A stretch of DNA of 64,000 nucleotides from Promethearchaeota archaeon. Its GTDB lineage: Archaea; Asgardarchaeota; Lokiarchaeia; Sigyniarchaeales; SOKP01. The DNA lies in the NCBI GenBank assembly GCA_019057795.1, contig JAHLWS010000060.1:1-64000 (forward strand), given 5' to 3'. The notes below the pieces were generated by a model. It was not told where the DNA came from and ran no database searches. It saw nothing but the letters and a program-made list of their open reading frames with translations. Shown one piece after another: positions 17,133 through 27,770 of the stretch (the first letter of the stretch is position 1; every line of letters begins with the position of its first letter). A program made the position numbers and the translations under genes.

Positions 17133-19304
17133 ATGAACGATACTTCCGATATTTCTTATTTTTTCAACCCTAAAAGCATTGCAGTTATAGGAGCCAGTGC
17201 TACGCTTGGTAAAGTAGGTTATAATGTTTTAAGAAATATCATCGAATCAAAGTATTCTGGAAAAATTTTTCCTATTAATCCAAAAACTAAAGAAATATTG
17301 GGATATAAGGCTTATAAGAGCGTTTTAGATATACCAGAGGATATTGACATCGCATTATTTGTTATTCCTAGTAAGTTTGTTAATTCCATCGCAGAAGAAT
17401 GTGGAAAGAAAGGAATAAAGGGTTTAGTTATTATCACCGCCGGTTTTAAAGAGATCGGGGGCGAAGGAATAACTCGTGAACAAGAGCTAATTAAAGTTGC
17501 AAATAAGTATGACATGAGAATTATTGGTCCAAATTGTTTGGGATTTATAGGGACGTCTTACAATGGTTCGTTTGCAGCTAACACTCCCAAAAAGGGACAC
17601 ATCGCTATGATTTCTCAATCTGGTGCCTTTCTCACATCGTTTATGGACTTCTCAATGGATCAAGCTTTTGGCTTTTCTTGCAATATAAGTTTAGGAAATA
17701 AAGCAGATATGGACGAAGTTGATTTCATTGAATATTTAGCGAATGATGATAATACATCTGTAATTTTATGCTATTTAGAAAGCATAGAAGAAGGAGAAAA
17801 GTTCCTAAGAGTTGTATCTAAAGCAGCAAGGAAAAAACCAATTGTTATATTGAAAGCTGGAGTTAGCGAAGCTGGAGCTAGGGCCGCTTCAAGTCACACT
17901 GGAGCGTTAGCAGGTTCTGACATAGCATACGATTTGGCTTTTCACAAATGTGGCGTTTTAAGAGCAAAAACAATTTCTGATCTTTTTGATTACGGAGAAA
18001 TCTTTTTATTTCAACCGATCCCTAATAAAAACTCCTTTGCGATCATAACTAATGCAGGTGGTCCAGGAATAATAGCTACTGACGCATTTGAACGCGAAGA
18101 GCTAAGATTTGCTCAATTTACCGAACCAATATTGCATATGTTGCGAAATAATTTACCAGCAGAAGCAGCAATATTTAATCCGGTTGATATAATTGGAGAT
18201 GCTACTCCAGATAGGTATGAATTTACTATAAAAACCATTTTTGGTTTAAATAATGATAACAGCCATGAAACAGTAAAAGAAGAAGACATTACAACATATG
18301 GGGCCCTTATCATAATGAGCCCACAAGCGCAAACGCGCCCATACGATGTGGCCAAATTAGTGACCGAAATATCGTCAAAACATTTACAGAATAAGCCAAT
18401 TGTATGTACCCTTTTAGGAGGAGTTTCCATGGTCGAAGCAACCAAATATTTAAAGCAACATCGTATTCCTTGCTATCCTTTCCCAGAGAGAGCTGCTCAA
18501 TCCCTTAAAGCATTAGTCAAATATAACCAATTTTTAAATAAAACTGCTCTTGATGCTATAGAAATTCCAAAGTATGATGTTCAAAAAGAAAAAGTTAAAG
18601 AGATATTTAATAACGTAAGAAACGATGAGAGAACGGTTCTTTTAAGCTACGAGACAAGCGAAGTTTTTGAATGTTACGGTATTCGTTCTCCAAAGTCAAG
18701 ATTAGCAAAAACGCCCAGAGAGGCTATGTCATACCAAAAAGAAATTGGAAATTCAGTAATGAAAATCTCAAGCCCACAAATAATGCATAAAACGGATGTT
18801 GGAGGGATAATTTTAAACATCGATACTCCTGAGAAAGCTTTTGAAGCGTTCATTCAAATAGTTGATAATGCAAAAAAGTTTGGTCCACAAAATGTTAAAA
18901 TTTATGGCGTAGAAATACAAGAAATGGTAAATTTTGAACAAGAAAAGAAAGTTAACGAGTTAATTATTGGCATGTCGCGAGATGCCCAATTTGGACCGTT
19001 GCTAATGATTGGATCTGGTGGAATTTATGCCAATTTTCTTAAAGATGTTTCCTTTGCTTTATCTTATAAGTTTACAAGGGATAACGCAGCAAAAATGCTT
19101 CAAAAAACAAAGATCTTTAGTCTTCTACAAGGAGTACGCGGTGAAAGCTCGTCAGACATCGAATCAATAATTGAAGTTCTATTACGCCTTTCACAATTAG
19201 TTAATGACTTCCCGGATATAATGGAATTAGACATCAACCCCCTTTTAAGTTTTATTAAAGGTTATTCAGCGGTAGATCTTAAAATCACAATATCACGAGA
19301 ATGA
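17133..19304 (+). CDS. ADP-forming acetyl/acyl-CoA synthetase, alpha-beta fusion
   Basis: CoA-binding IAVIGAS, GPNCLG, SQSGA, phospho-His motif SSHTGALAG, ATP-grasp HKTDVGG and ELDINP. Confidence 0.9.
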   Translation: MNDTSDISYFFNPKSIAVIGASATLGKVGYNVLRNIIESKYSGKIFPINPKTKEILGYKAYKSVLDIPEDIDIALFVIPSKFVNSIAEECGKKGIKGLVIITAGFKEIGGEGITREQELIKVANKYDMRIIGPNCLGFIGTSYNGSFAANTPKKGHIAMISQSGAFLTSFMDFSMDQAFGFSCNISLGNKADMDEVDFIEYLANDDNTSVILCYLESIEEGEKFLRVVSKAARKKPIVILKAGVSEAGARAASSHTGALAGSDIAYDLAFHKCGVLRAKTISDLFDYGEIFLFQPIPNKNSFAIITNAGGPGIIATDAFEREELRFAQFTEPILHMLRNNLPAEAAIFNPVDIIGDATPDRYEFTIKTIFGLNNDNSHETVKEEDITTYGALIIMSPQAQTRPYDVAKLVTEISSKHLQNKPIVCTLLGGVSMVEATKYLKQHRIPCYPFPERAAQSLKALVKYNQFLNKTALDAIEIPKYDVQKEKVKEIFNNVRNDERTVLLSYETSEVFECYGIRSPKSRLAKTPREAMSYQKEIGNSVMKISSPQIMHKTDVGGIILNIDTPEKAFEAFIQIVDNAKKFGPQNVKIYGVEIQEMVNFEQEKKVNELIIGMSRDAQFGPLLMIGSGGIYANFLKDVSFALSYKFTRDNAAKMLQKTKIFSLLQGVRGESSSDIESIIEVLLRLSQLVNDFPDIMELDINPLLSFIKGYSAVDLKITISRE

Positions 19305-19345
19305 AATATCAGAAAATATAAAAAATTAATAATATATAATAAAAT

Positions 19346-20434
19346 TTGAAAAGAAAAAAGGAATCAAAGATGGTAAAATCAATATATTTATGTTCATTGC
19401 GAGAACATGTTGGAAAAAGCCTTTTATCGATTGGAATCATGTCAAAGTTACAAGAAGATGGTAAAAAAGTAGCTTATTTTAAACCAATCGGCATTCCTAA
19501 AGGAGCTTTTTCGGATAAAGCTGATAGAGACGTTGGATTTATTCAAAATACAATTTTTAAAACTACCTTACCTTACGATATTATTAGCCCTGTATCAATT
19601 CCAGATTGTTATTACATCGATTTAATCGATGAAACTAAAAAAGAAGACAATCTCCAAATAATTAAAAACGCGTATGCTGAGTTGAGTAAATTATACGATT
19701 ACATCATTATCGAAGGAGCGCCAAGTATAAAAAAATACATCCGAGTTGGGTTGGACGATATTACAGTTGCCCAAACTCTTGGAATCGACGAATTAGTTTT
19801 TATCCAAGCAGAATCGTCCGATAAATGCATTGATAATTTGTTTTTTGCGAAGAAGTATTTTGAATTTAGAAATATGAATATAAAAGGAGTTATTTTTAAC
19901 AAGATTGACTACGATTATAAAGCGCGGATTGAAGAACTAAAGGAAAATCATATTGAGCGTTATAATATTCCTATAATTGGTCTCATTGAAAAGAGTTTAG
20001 AGTTATTATCCCCACGGGTCTCAGAGCTAATGGAAGCCATTGGTGGTGAACTTATAAATCAATCGACAATTGAAGGGTTAAATTCTATTGTAGAGACATA
20101 CCTTATAATTGCAATGAATGTTCAAGCCGCTTTAAAATACATGCGCTCAGTAAAAAAAGTAGTAGTAATCACAGGTGGAGACCGTACAGATATTGTTTTA
20201 GCAGCCATTGAAGAAAATGTTTTGGCGTTAATCTTGACAGGTTTTATACAACCAGACGCTAAAGTAATATACGCTGCAAACGAGAAAAAGATACCTATAA
20301 TCTTAAGTCCATCTGACACCTACACAACAATAAGGAACATGGAACGCGTAAGGCCCGGAATTCAAGAGGAGGAAATTAATCTTGTCTTAGAACTAGTTAA
20401 AAAGCATTTAGATTGGGACCTTTTGTTAAAATAA
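19346..20434 (+). CDS. Pta N-terminal-like protein (BioD-like P-loop plus DRTGG domain); likely start ATG 19370
   Basis: GKS..., YFKPIG, IIIEG and ITGGDRTD; no PTA catalytic domain. Confidence 0.85.
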   Translation: MKRKKESKMVKSIYLCSLREHVGKSLLSIGIMSKLQEDGKKVAYFKPIGIPKGAFSDKADRDVGFIQNTIFKTTLPYDIISPVSIPDCYYIDLIDETKKEDNLQIIKNAYAELSKLYDYIIIEGAPSIKKYIRVGLDDITVAQTLGIDELVFIQAESSDKCIDNLFFAKKYFEFRNMNIKGVIFNKIDYDYKARIEELKENHIERYNIPIIGLIEKSLELLSPRVSELMEAIGGELINQSTIEGLNSIVETYLIIAMNVQAALKYMRSVKKVVVITGGDRTDIVLAAIEENVLALILTGFIQPDAKVIYAANEKKIPIILSPSDTYTTIRNMERVRPGIQEEEINLVLELVKKHLDWDLLLK

Positions 20435-20522
20435 TTGCCCGTTTAATTTTTTATTACAATAATAACTATTACATTAAACATAATACCAATAGGAAAGGAG
20501 ATATCAGTTTATCTTCTCTTTT

Positions 20523-21136
20523 TTATTTTTCTTTCTTGCTTTTTGAACGAAATTCAATGTCCACTATAAGATTTGGGAGGTCATATTTTTTTAATTTATT
20601 TCTAATAGCTTCAAAACCAGAACACTGACCCCATTTAAATTGAGACTCACATTTTTTGCATGTATTATATAACCCATATGCGTGGTAAACATTTAAAAAA
20701 GTGAGGAGAGTACTAAAAACTAACAGAAAGATTATAGAATTTGTAAAAACTGGAAAATTCAGAGAGAAAATCCCCCAAAATATCAAAGCTGAACCAAATC
20801 CGATAAATATTTTTTGAATAATTTTTATTATTTTAATTCTTGTTGCTCCTGTAAAACTTAGAAAAAAAAAGTTGACATAAACAGAATGCCAAAAATTATT
20901 AAATAATTTGAAGGAATTGATTCGTTTAGTTTAAAAACTCCCATAATTATTATCGCTATGAACGAAGTAGGATATCCAATAAAACACCCAATGCAAAATT
21001 CATGTTTGCGAAGTTTTATTGCGTGTCCCTTGAAATTCTCGCATTCCGGGTGGTGCCTAAGAAAAAATGAACCAAAGCTTTTAATAACTAAGAAAGTTTC
21101 TAACAACTTGCTCCTTTTTTTCTCTTTACCTTTCAT
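20523..21136 (-). pseudogene. Cys/His-containing membrane protein split by a frameshift in a 9-nt homopolymer (20862-20870)
   Basis: ORFs 20858..21136 and 20523..20786 join into ...MSTFF(F)LSFTGATRIKIIKIIQKIFIGFGSALIFWG... when the run length changes; HHPEC, CIGC and CKKC..C motifs. Confidence 0.7.
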
Positions 21137-21592
21137 TATCTCGATAAGTAAATTTAATCGTTAGAAATTAATTACAAAAGATATGTGATACATCTTATAA
21201 AACCATGTCTTAGTTCAAAAAAAAAAATTGTTCTCATCAAATTTAGCGTGAAGTAGCAAGGTTAAAACGCTAACCTAAATCGATTGTAAAATTACTAAAA
21301 ACAATCATTACTTAATAAAATTGTTGAATTTTAGTCAAAAAAAAACTTAAAAATCACATAAAAGTTATATAAATGACTTTTTTATTTATAGATGATTTAT
21401 ACTTTTAGTGCATACCAACATTATTTATCAAAAAAAGTTATCGATATTGATAATGCAATTTCCGTTTTCGGTCCTTCAACTTTCCGAAATGATTCCCATA
21501 ATTATTGAAAATGTACGGAAAAAGTCATGATTTAAATATGAAAAATCATATTTCTATCATAGAAACATAAAAAAAAATTGTTTTGATGAAAA

Positions 21593-21862
21593 ATGGCATT
21601 AAAAGTAAATGAAAGAAATATTGACGATGTATTTGATGGAGAATATAAAAAAATAAGAGAATCTTTATCAGGTTTAAAAGAGATTTTTAAAATTAATCTT
21701 TTAGAGAATAATATATATTATCAATGCGCTACCGATAATCTGGAATCCATACATGAAACTATAATCAGTCTATTAAAACATATGTACTCACCTCGAGAAG
21801 TGAGAATGAGGTTGCGAGAGATTGAATATGACGAGCTTGAAGCCCAAGAAAGCTACATTTAA
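21593..21862 (+). CDS. Hypothetical protein
   Basis: 89-aa ORF; no motif recognised. Confidence 0.6.
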   Translation: MALKVNERNIDDVFDGEYKKIRESLSGLKEIFKINLLENNIYYQCATDNLESIHETIISLLKHMYSPREVRMRLREIEYDELEAQESYI

Positions 21863-21983
21863 CAGTATTCCTTTTTTAATCGTTTATTAAAAATATTTGT
21901 GTGCTTTTCGTCAAAACTGTTACTTATTATTACGAAATTACGAAATCTTTATTTTAATAAAATAAGTTTGTATTTTATTATTT

Positions 21984-23384
21984 CTAAATTGAATTTAATT
22001 CCCAAATATCGAGAGAATTCACTTTCACTTTTCCTCCTGTTGTAAAAAGATCAATAGCAAACGGTAAGTTGCTTTTGGAAATGATTTGACCTGTAATACA
22101 TTCACGATGGTTTGCAAAAACTTCGATAATCGAATTGTCAATAAAGATATGCAAGTTCAATTTCTTACTATTATTTTCAAGAATGAAATTAACTTTATCT
22201 TTGCCAGACCATAATACATTATTTGATTGGTCATACCCGATTGATTCAGCTTGAATTATTGATTTAGAATTAAATAATTGAATTCCAAAAGACTTTGCAT
22301 CAAGTAATTCAAACTCTATTGCGATTTCTAAATGTTTACTTCGAATATTTTTTAAAATCTCCTTAGAATTTTGAGAAATCACGAGGTTGCTAAATTTATA
22401 ATGCTTTTTCCTCAATTTTTCGAGCTCAGGTAATGGGGCGTATCTTAACTTGTTATCTGGACCTAAGCTCAGTATCCGTGGTAAGGACAAACAACCGTTC
22501 CATCCTTTAATGTCTGTAGCACGAATCCATGCCCATAAGATTGTTCTATTATGTGGGTCCTTCATTACATTGGTTGCGTAGAACAAACGACCGTGATCTA
22601 AAGCGTACCACTGATTTGGAGTAAAGGAATTATTATTGTAGTCTCCTACAGCGTAGATTACTTTATTATGGGGGGATACAATAAGTATGTATTTATCCTT
22701 GATTGGAAAGAAATTTGGACATTCCCAATTCTTACCCTTCTTCCTATCTTCGATACATAATGGACCAATAAACTCCCAAGTGTAGAAGTCTGACGATTTA
22801 TAAAGTAGAACTATAGGTCTTCTTGGATTAATTAAATGTCCTCCTAAAACAGCGTACCATTCGTTACTTTCTTTCCATACAAAAGGATCCCGCCAATCTC
22901 TCACATCTAATTTCTTATGAATTTCTTGGGTCAATACTGGATTATTTTCGTATTTTTGCCAAGATACCATGTCATCTGAGCTTGTAGCAATCCATTGTTC
23001 GGCTTCAGTAGCGGGTGGTTTACTAGGTCCTATACTAGTATACAATATTGTTGGTGTGTTGTCAATAACGATACAACTTCCGGAAAAACAGTGAGTCTCA
23101 CCTTTATCTACAGAGGGAATCAATGCTATTGGTAAATGCTCCCATTGAACTAAATCTTTACTTTTGGCGTGACCCCAATGAACATTTCCCCATTGCGCTC
23201 CATAAGGGTTATGTTGATAAAAAATGTGATATTCTCCTTTATAGTAAATGGGACCGTTTGGATCGTTCATCCAATTAGCTGGGGCGATAAAATGATATTT
23301 TGGCCTTAAAGGACAATCTTCTTCTCTTAAACGAGCGTTCTTATACATTTCTAAATAAGGCTTTTTTTCGTTATTTTTATCCAT
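21984..23384 (-). CDS. GH32 beta-fructofuranosidase/invertase-like glycosidase
   Basis: WMNDPNG, FSGS, RDP and WECP catalytic motifs. Confidence 0.95.
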   Translation of the reverse strand: MDKNNEKKPYLEMYKNARLREEDCPLRPKYHFIAPANWMNDPNGPIYYKGEYHIFYQHNPYGAQWGNVHWGHAKSKDLVQWEHLPIALIPSVDKGETHCFSGSCIVIDNTPTILYTSIGPSKPPATEAEQWIATSSDDMVSWQKYENNPVLTQEIHKKLDVRDWRDPFVWKESNEWYAVLGGHLINPRRPIVLLYKSSDFYTWEFIGPLCIEDRKKGKNWECPNFFPIKDKYILIVSPHNKVIYAVGDYNNNSFTPNQWYALDHGRLFYATNVMKDPHNRTILWAWIRATDIKGWNGCLSLPRILSLGPDNKLRYAPLPELEKLRKKHYKFSNLVISQNSKEILKNIRSKHLEIAIEFELLDAKSFGIQLFNSKSIIQAESIGYDQSNNVLWSGKDKVNFILENNSKKLNLHIFIDNSIIEVFANHRECITGQIISKSNLPFAIDLFTTGGKVKVNSLDIWELNSI

Positions 23385-23450
23385 TAATAAAACTAAAATT
23401 TTGAAAATATTTTTAATTTTCTAAATGAATTCTTTTTCTCAGAAATATTA

Positions 23451-24581
23451 GGTAGGTCCATTCATGATAGCAGTGAGCTCTTAAATGATTATCTCCTGAG
23501 CAGGAGGAGAGGAAGACCAAGGACTTTCTCGGACGGAAGGAGGAAGCGCTTAGTGCCTCATCAAACCGAAGTAAACAAGTATCTCCGTAAGATTGGATTT
23601 AAGAAAGCGCAGAAGATCTTGCGCGAGTGCATGGATGGGCAGCTTTTAGATGCTCTGGAAAGAGGCCTCATCTCAGAGAAGGTTAATGTGCTCATTGACT
23701 TCACTGAACATCCTTATTATGGAAAAAGAGAGGATACAATGATCAAAGGAACGAGTCGGGCGAAGGGCACGAAGAAGATGCGTCATTACTTAGGCTTCTC
23801 GATTCTTTCACGCAACACTCATCTTTATGTAGGACTGGAGCAAGTGGCATCAGGACAATCTAAAATACCCATCATCTTGAAATTTCTCGAACACTTACTT
23901 AATCTGGGATTCAAGTTAGGATATGTATTGATGGATAGAGAATTCTATAGAGTTGTGTTATTAAATGGAATTAAGGCAATGAAGGGAGAGGTCATTATTC
24001 CTGCCAAAAAATACAAAAAGATCAAGCAGTTTCTTACCGATTATCTTGAGGGAACGCATGGTCGGGTGCGGAAATACACGCTTTCTAGTAAAGCGGCTGC
24101 GACATACCAATTTTCCCAACATGTTTATGTGATAATAAAAGCAAAAAATCAATTCACTCTTCAAGGGGTCAAGCGGGACTACCAAGCTAAAAGGATATCC
24201 TTAGACGATGCTCGGAAGCGATTGTTTATAATAATGACTACCGAAAAACCTCGAGGCAAGACAAGCTCTTGGGCGTCCCGCACGGCACTATTTTATCGAA
24301 AACGTTGGTTCATTGAAACGGGATTTTCCGACTTAAATCGAATTAATCGCCGTTGGAAGTCGAACTACGATAATGTGCGCTACTTGGACATGTTGGTGCG
24401 GCTTCTTCTTTATAATTCTTGGAAAATGAATAGGAAAATGATCCAAAAATCGGAAATAAAAGGGAGAAAGAAAAGAGCATGGACGCTCAATCGAAACCAG
24501 GATGCTTTAATAAGTTCTTATCTTTCTGATTTAAAAAATCAATAGTTTAATCAAGAATTTTCAGAATATTGTCGGTGTAAG
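23451..24581 (+). mobile_element. IS remnant (IS4/ISH3-like DDE transposase), 5'-truncated
   Basis: GC-richer segment. ORF 23553..24545 has IDFT, MDREF and Y-2-R-3-E (YRKRWFIETGF); frame is open upstream with no ATG; no paired TIR seen. End coordinates are approximate. Confidence 0.75.
23553..24545 (+). CDS. DDE transposase (probably N-terminally truncated)
   Basis: DDE triad and YREK-like motif. Confidence 0.85.
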   Translation: MPHQTEVNKYLRKIGFKKAQKILRECMDGQLLDALERGLISEKVNVLIDFTEHPYYGKREDTMIKGTSRAKGTKKMRHYLGFSILSRNTHLYVGLEQVASGQSKIPIILKFLEHLLNLGFKLGYVLMDREFYRVVLLNGIKAMKGEVIIPAKKYKKIKQFLTDYLEGTHGRVRKYTLSSKAAATYQFSQHVYVIIKAKNQFTLQGVKRDYQAKRISLDDARKRLFIIMTTEKPRGKTSSWASRTALFYRKRWFIETGFSDLNRINRRWKSNYDNVRYLDMLVRLLLYNSWKMNRKMIQKSEIKGRKKRAWTLNRNQDALISSYLSDLKNQ

Positions 24582-24670
24582 GCATAAACAAAAAGAATAA
24601 AAAAAAAATAAATACTTAAATACTCAATATAAAAAAAAGGAGTTAATTCTATCTTAATTACCTTCAATGT

Positions 24671-25090
24671 TTAGATCAGAAGAGCCACTAATACTATACC
24701 AAGAATGATACCTAGTACGATCCCTACTAATATTGCGATTAAAAAAAGGACGATTTGTACAACTATAACAAAAATGATTGACTCACCAAATTCTTTTTTA
24801 TAAACAATCTTAACTACAATGGCTCCAATAATAATGGCAAGTACTAATTCGAGGAGACCAAATAGAAAACCTGCTCCAAACAAGTACTCAACTAGTAAAC
24901 TAATTGGAATACCTGTTATTAGCCAAATTATATTGACTATGAATGCTGTTGAGAGAGAATCGTCCCATTCTTTTTTCTTGGCGTACCACCGCGTCACATA
25001 TGTACCAACTATAAAGATTATAATTGCTAAAATAATGACTGTAGTAAACGCAATAATTTCAACAAGTTGAAATAACATGTTTATCATCAA
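24671..25090 (-). CDS. Hypothetical 4-TM membrane protein
   Basis: Almost entirely hydrophobic, 139 aa. Confidence 0.7.
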   Translation of the reverse strand: MMINMLFQLVEIIAFTTVIILAIIIFIVGTYVTRWYAKKKEWDDSLSTAFIVNIIWLITGIPISLLVEYLFGAGFLFGLLELVLAIIIGAIVVKIVYKKEFGESIIFVIVVQIVLFLIAILVGIVLGIILGIVLVALLI

Positions 25091-25346
25091 ATTTTTGGTA
25101 ATTAAAGTATAATTTGGTCTGATTATATATAAATGTATACCTTTAATGCATTTTCCCCTAATGTATAATTAGAAGGTGACAAATTACATCTATATCTACA
25201 TTTTCACCTCAGTTTGAGCAAATTCTTACCCAAGTTAATTAATATTTAGTAAAGTAGATAGTCGGTTTCTAAGTAATTATCGCTTAATATTCTACGCTCA
25301 ACTACTCATAGATTTTATATATAAATGATTGTTGATTTTCTAAAAT

Positions 25347-26795
25347 ATGAGAATTTTCTTAGTAATTTTTGATACTTTAAGAAAAGACCACACGGGACGG
25401 ACTTATGGAAACGATTGGATAAAAACTCCGAATTTTGACTCGTTTTGCAAGGATAGTATTGTATATGATAAGGCCTATCCTGAATCGCTAGCTACTATTC
25501 CGGTTCGTAGAGCGATACACACGGGCATTAGAACGTTTCCATTTAATCATAAGCGGCCCAAATTACGCACAGACGATATCGTTCATTTAAACGGCTGGGA
25601 CCCTATACCTCCACATCACAGGCATTTATCCGAATATTTAAACAGCGAGGCTTTTCTAACGTCTTTTATCACGAGTACATATCATCAATTTAAACCAAAC
25701 ATGAATTTTCATTTAGGTTATGACCAATGGAATTGGATAAGAGGTCATGAAGACGACAAATATAGAGCTAGAATAAGGAACGGTAAAACAGAAATGAAAC
25801 GATTACTTAAATTGCATATCGTAAAAAAAAACGCTATAATAAAATTACTGCAAAAAAGAATATTAAAAGCGTATTTCTCTAATGTTCAAGAGCGAAGGTC
25901 AGAAGAAGATTACTTCCCAGCTAAAACCTTTAAAAAAGCAATTGAATTCGTTAAAGACACCTTAGATTTTAAAAAAGTTTTTTGTCTTATTGATGAGTTC
26001 GATCCTCACGAACCGTGGGATCCTCCGCAAAAATATCTTGATTTGTATTTAGAAAAAGGCTATACAGGAAAAAGAATTATAACCCCTGCTTATATGGAAA
26101 GTGTTGATTATCTTTCCAAAGAAGAGTTAAACTTCATGAGGGCTAGTTATGCTGGAGAAGTTTCTCTATGCGATAATTGGTTCGGTTATTTCGTTAACGA
26201 GTTAAAGGAGTTAGAAATTTACGACGATTCATTGATAATCTTTATTAGTGATCATGGGCATAGTATAGGCGAACACAATGCTACGGGAAAACTGCCCATG
26301 TTTATGTATCCTGAATTAGTAGACCTTCCTTTTATGATTAAACCACCAGGAGGAATTAATGGTCCAAAAAAAATTAGGAAACCTTACGTGTATAATTTCG
26401 ACATATTACCAACCATTTTTGGGTTTTTAAATAAAGATAAACCTAAAGAATTTGAAGGCATAGATTTATCGATTTTTGTTGATGAGGAAGATCAGAATTT
26501 AGATGGTCGGAGTTATATCACATGTGGATTCGATGTGTGTACATTATACAAGGACGATAATTACGCTTTAATTACCTCAAATAACAGAAAACATCAAAAA
26601 TTATATGATTTGAGGAATGATCCTGAATGGAATATGAACATTGCTAACGAAAATCCAGAAATATGTAATGATGCTTTTAATAAAATTAAACTCGATGCAA
26701 AAGGCGATCTTCCACTTGTTAGTAGATTTGAATTCGAGAGTTTAAAAGATTGGTATCTTCAAAAAAGCACGTTCTCTCATAAAAGTCAAAACTAA
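25347..26795 (+). CDS. Sulfatase-like alkaline phosphatase superfamily hydrolase
   Basis: FDTLRKDH, TPNFD, TIPVR..HTG, DPHEPWDPP and SDHG. Confidence 0.85.
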   Translation: MRIFLVIFDTLRKDHTGRTYGNDWIKTPNFDSFCKDSIVYDKAYPESLATIPVRRAIHTGIRTFPFNHKRPKLRTDDIVHLNGWDPIPPHHRHLSEYLNSEAFLTSFITSTYHQFKPNMNFHLGYDQWNWIRGHEDDKYRARIRNGKTEMKRLLKLHIVKKNAIIKLLQKRILKAYFSNVQERRSEEDYFPAKTFKKAIEFVKDTLDFKKVFCLIDEFDPHEPWDPPQKYLDLYLEKGYTGKRIITPAYMESVDYLSKEELNFMRASYAGEVSLCDNWFGYFVNELKELEIYDDSLIIFISDHGHSIGEHNATGKLPMFMYPELVDLPFMIKPPGGINGPKKIRKPYVYNFDILPTIFGFLNKDKPKEFEGIDLSIFVDEEDQNLDGRSYITCGFDVCTLYKDDNYALITSNNRKHQKLYDLRNDPEWNMNIANENPEICNDAFNKIKLDAKGDLPLVSRFEFESLKDWYLQKSTFSHKSQN

Positions 26796-26872
26796 CCTTT
26801 TTATTTTCCTAAATAATTTTTTTTATTATACACCGGCTCCTTGTGCAAAGTCTATTAAAACTGATCGATCTT

Positions 26873-27490
26873 TCAAATTTTTATATATTCTCCTAAGTCT
26901 TTTCTAAATTTTCCATAAAATATACCATATACAAAATTTGAAATTCCCCCCAGAGCAATATCAATAAACAGTAATATTAAAATTAGATTTTGATTGCCAA
27001 TTGTAAAAATAGGTGATATTATCAATAGAACTACAAATAAACTTAAAGTGCAGATTGCCTCAGATAAAAGCCAAACTCTAAGAATTTTTCCGTTGTATTT
27101 ATTAATAATGGCTATGATGAGTTTTATAGCTCCTAAAATCATAACATAAAATATAACTACTATAGTTATCGTATTAATATCGTTAAAAATGTTAATAACC
27201 CGAAGCATTGCCAGTAAAAACCATAGAACGCCATAGAACATTATGAGTGCACCTGTTAATTCTTCAAATTTGCCAACTTTTGTTTTACAGTAATAGCTAA
27301 AATACCCATTATTATAAACAGAAAAAGCTTGAATCATAAACATCCCTAAAAAAACTGCTAGTTTAATATTAATACTGAGAACTTCGGAAGGACTAGATAA
27401 CGCAATAAATCCAATAGATATTGTGATTATTCCAATAAAAAAGGGTGTAGATTTTTTATATTTTTTTTTTTTTCTTTTTTCTTCATTCAT
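26873..27490 (-). CDS. Hypothetical 6-TM membrane protein
   Basis: Six hydrophobic segments, loosely HdeD/DUF308-like. Confidence 0.65.
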   Translation of the reverse strand: MNEEKRKKKKYKKSTPFFIGIITISIGFIALSSPSEVLSINIKLAVFLGMFMIQAFSVYNNGYFSYYCKTKVGKFEELTGALIMFYGVLWFLLAMLRVINIFNDINTITIVVIFYVMILGAIKLIIAIINKYNGKILRVWLLSEAICTLSLFVVLLIISPIFTIGNQNLILILLFIDIALGGISNFVYGIFYGKFRKDLGEYIKI

Positions 27491-27659
27491 TAGACTTTGT
27501 CCTAAATTTTATTAATATTTTAATCCTATTTAATTATTTAAAATAGTTTCTTGTTTTATTTATACTTATCAACGAGGACTAATTCTTTTAAATTATATTA
27601 TAATTATTTAAAATCAGAATTAAATGTAATCGAATAATTATTGAAGTAAATTTAATAAT

Positions 27660-27770
27660 CTATATAGGTTTTGGAACGACCTTTCCATTATCTACAACGA
27701 AAGGATTAGTTTTTACTACAATATTTTTGAACCATTTTTCGACAAAAGAAGGTTTTCTTAAATTAGAAGG
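27660..27770 (-). pseudogene. Probable 3' remnant of an unknown gene at an insertion junction
   Basis: 36 open codons PSNLRKPSFVEKWFKNIVVKTNPFVVDNGKVVPKPI* abutting the repeat boundary at 27771. Confidence 0.4.
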
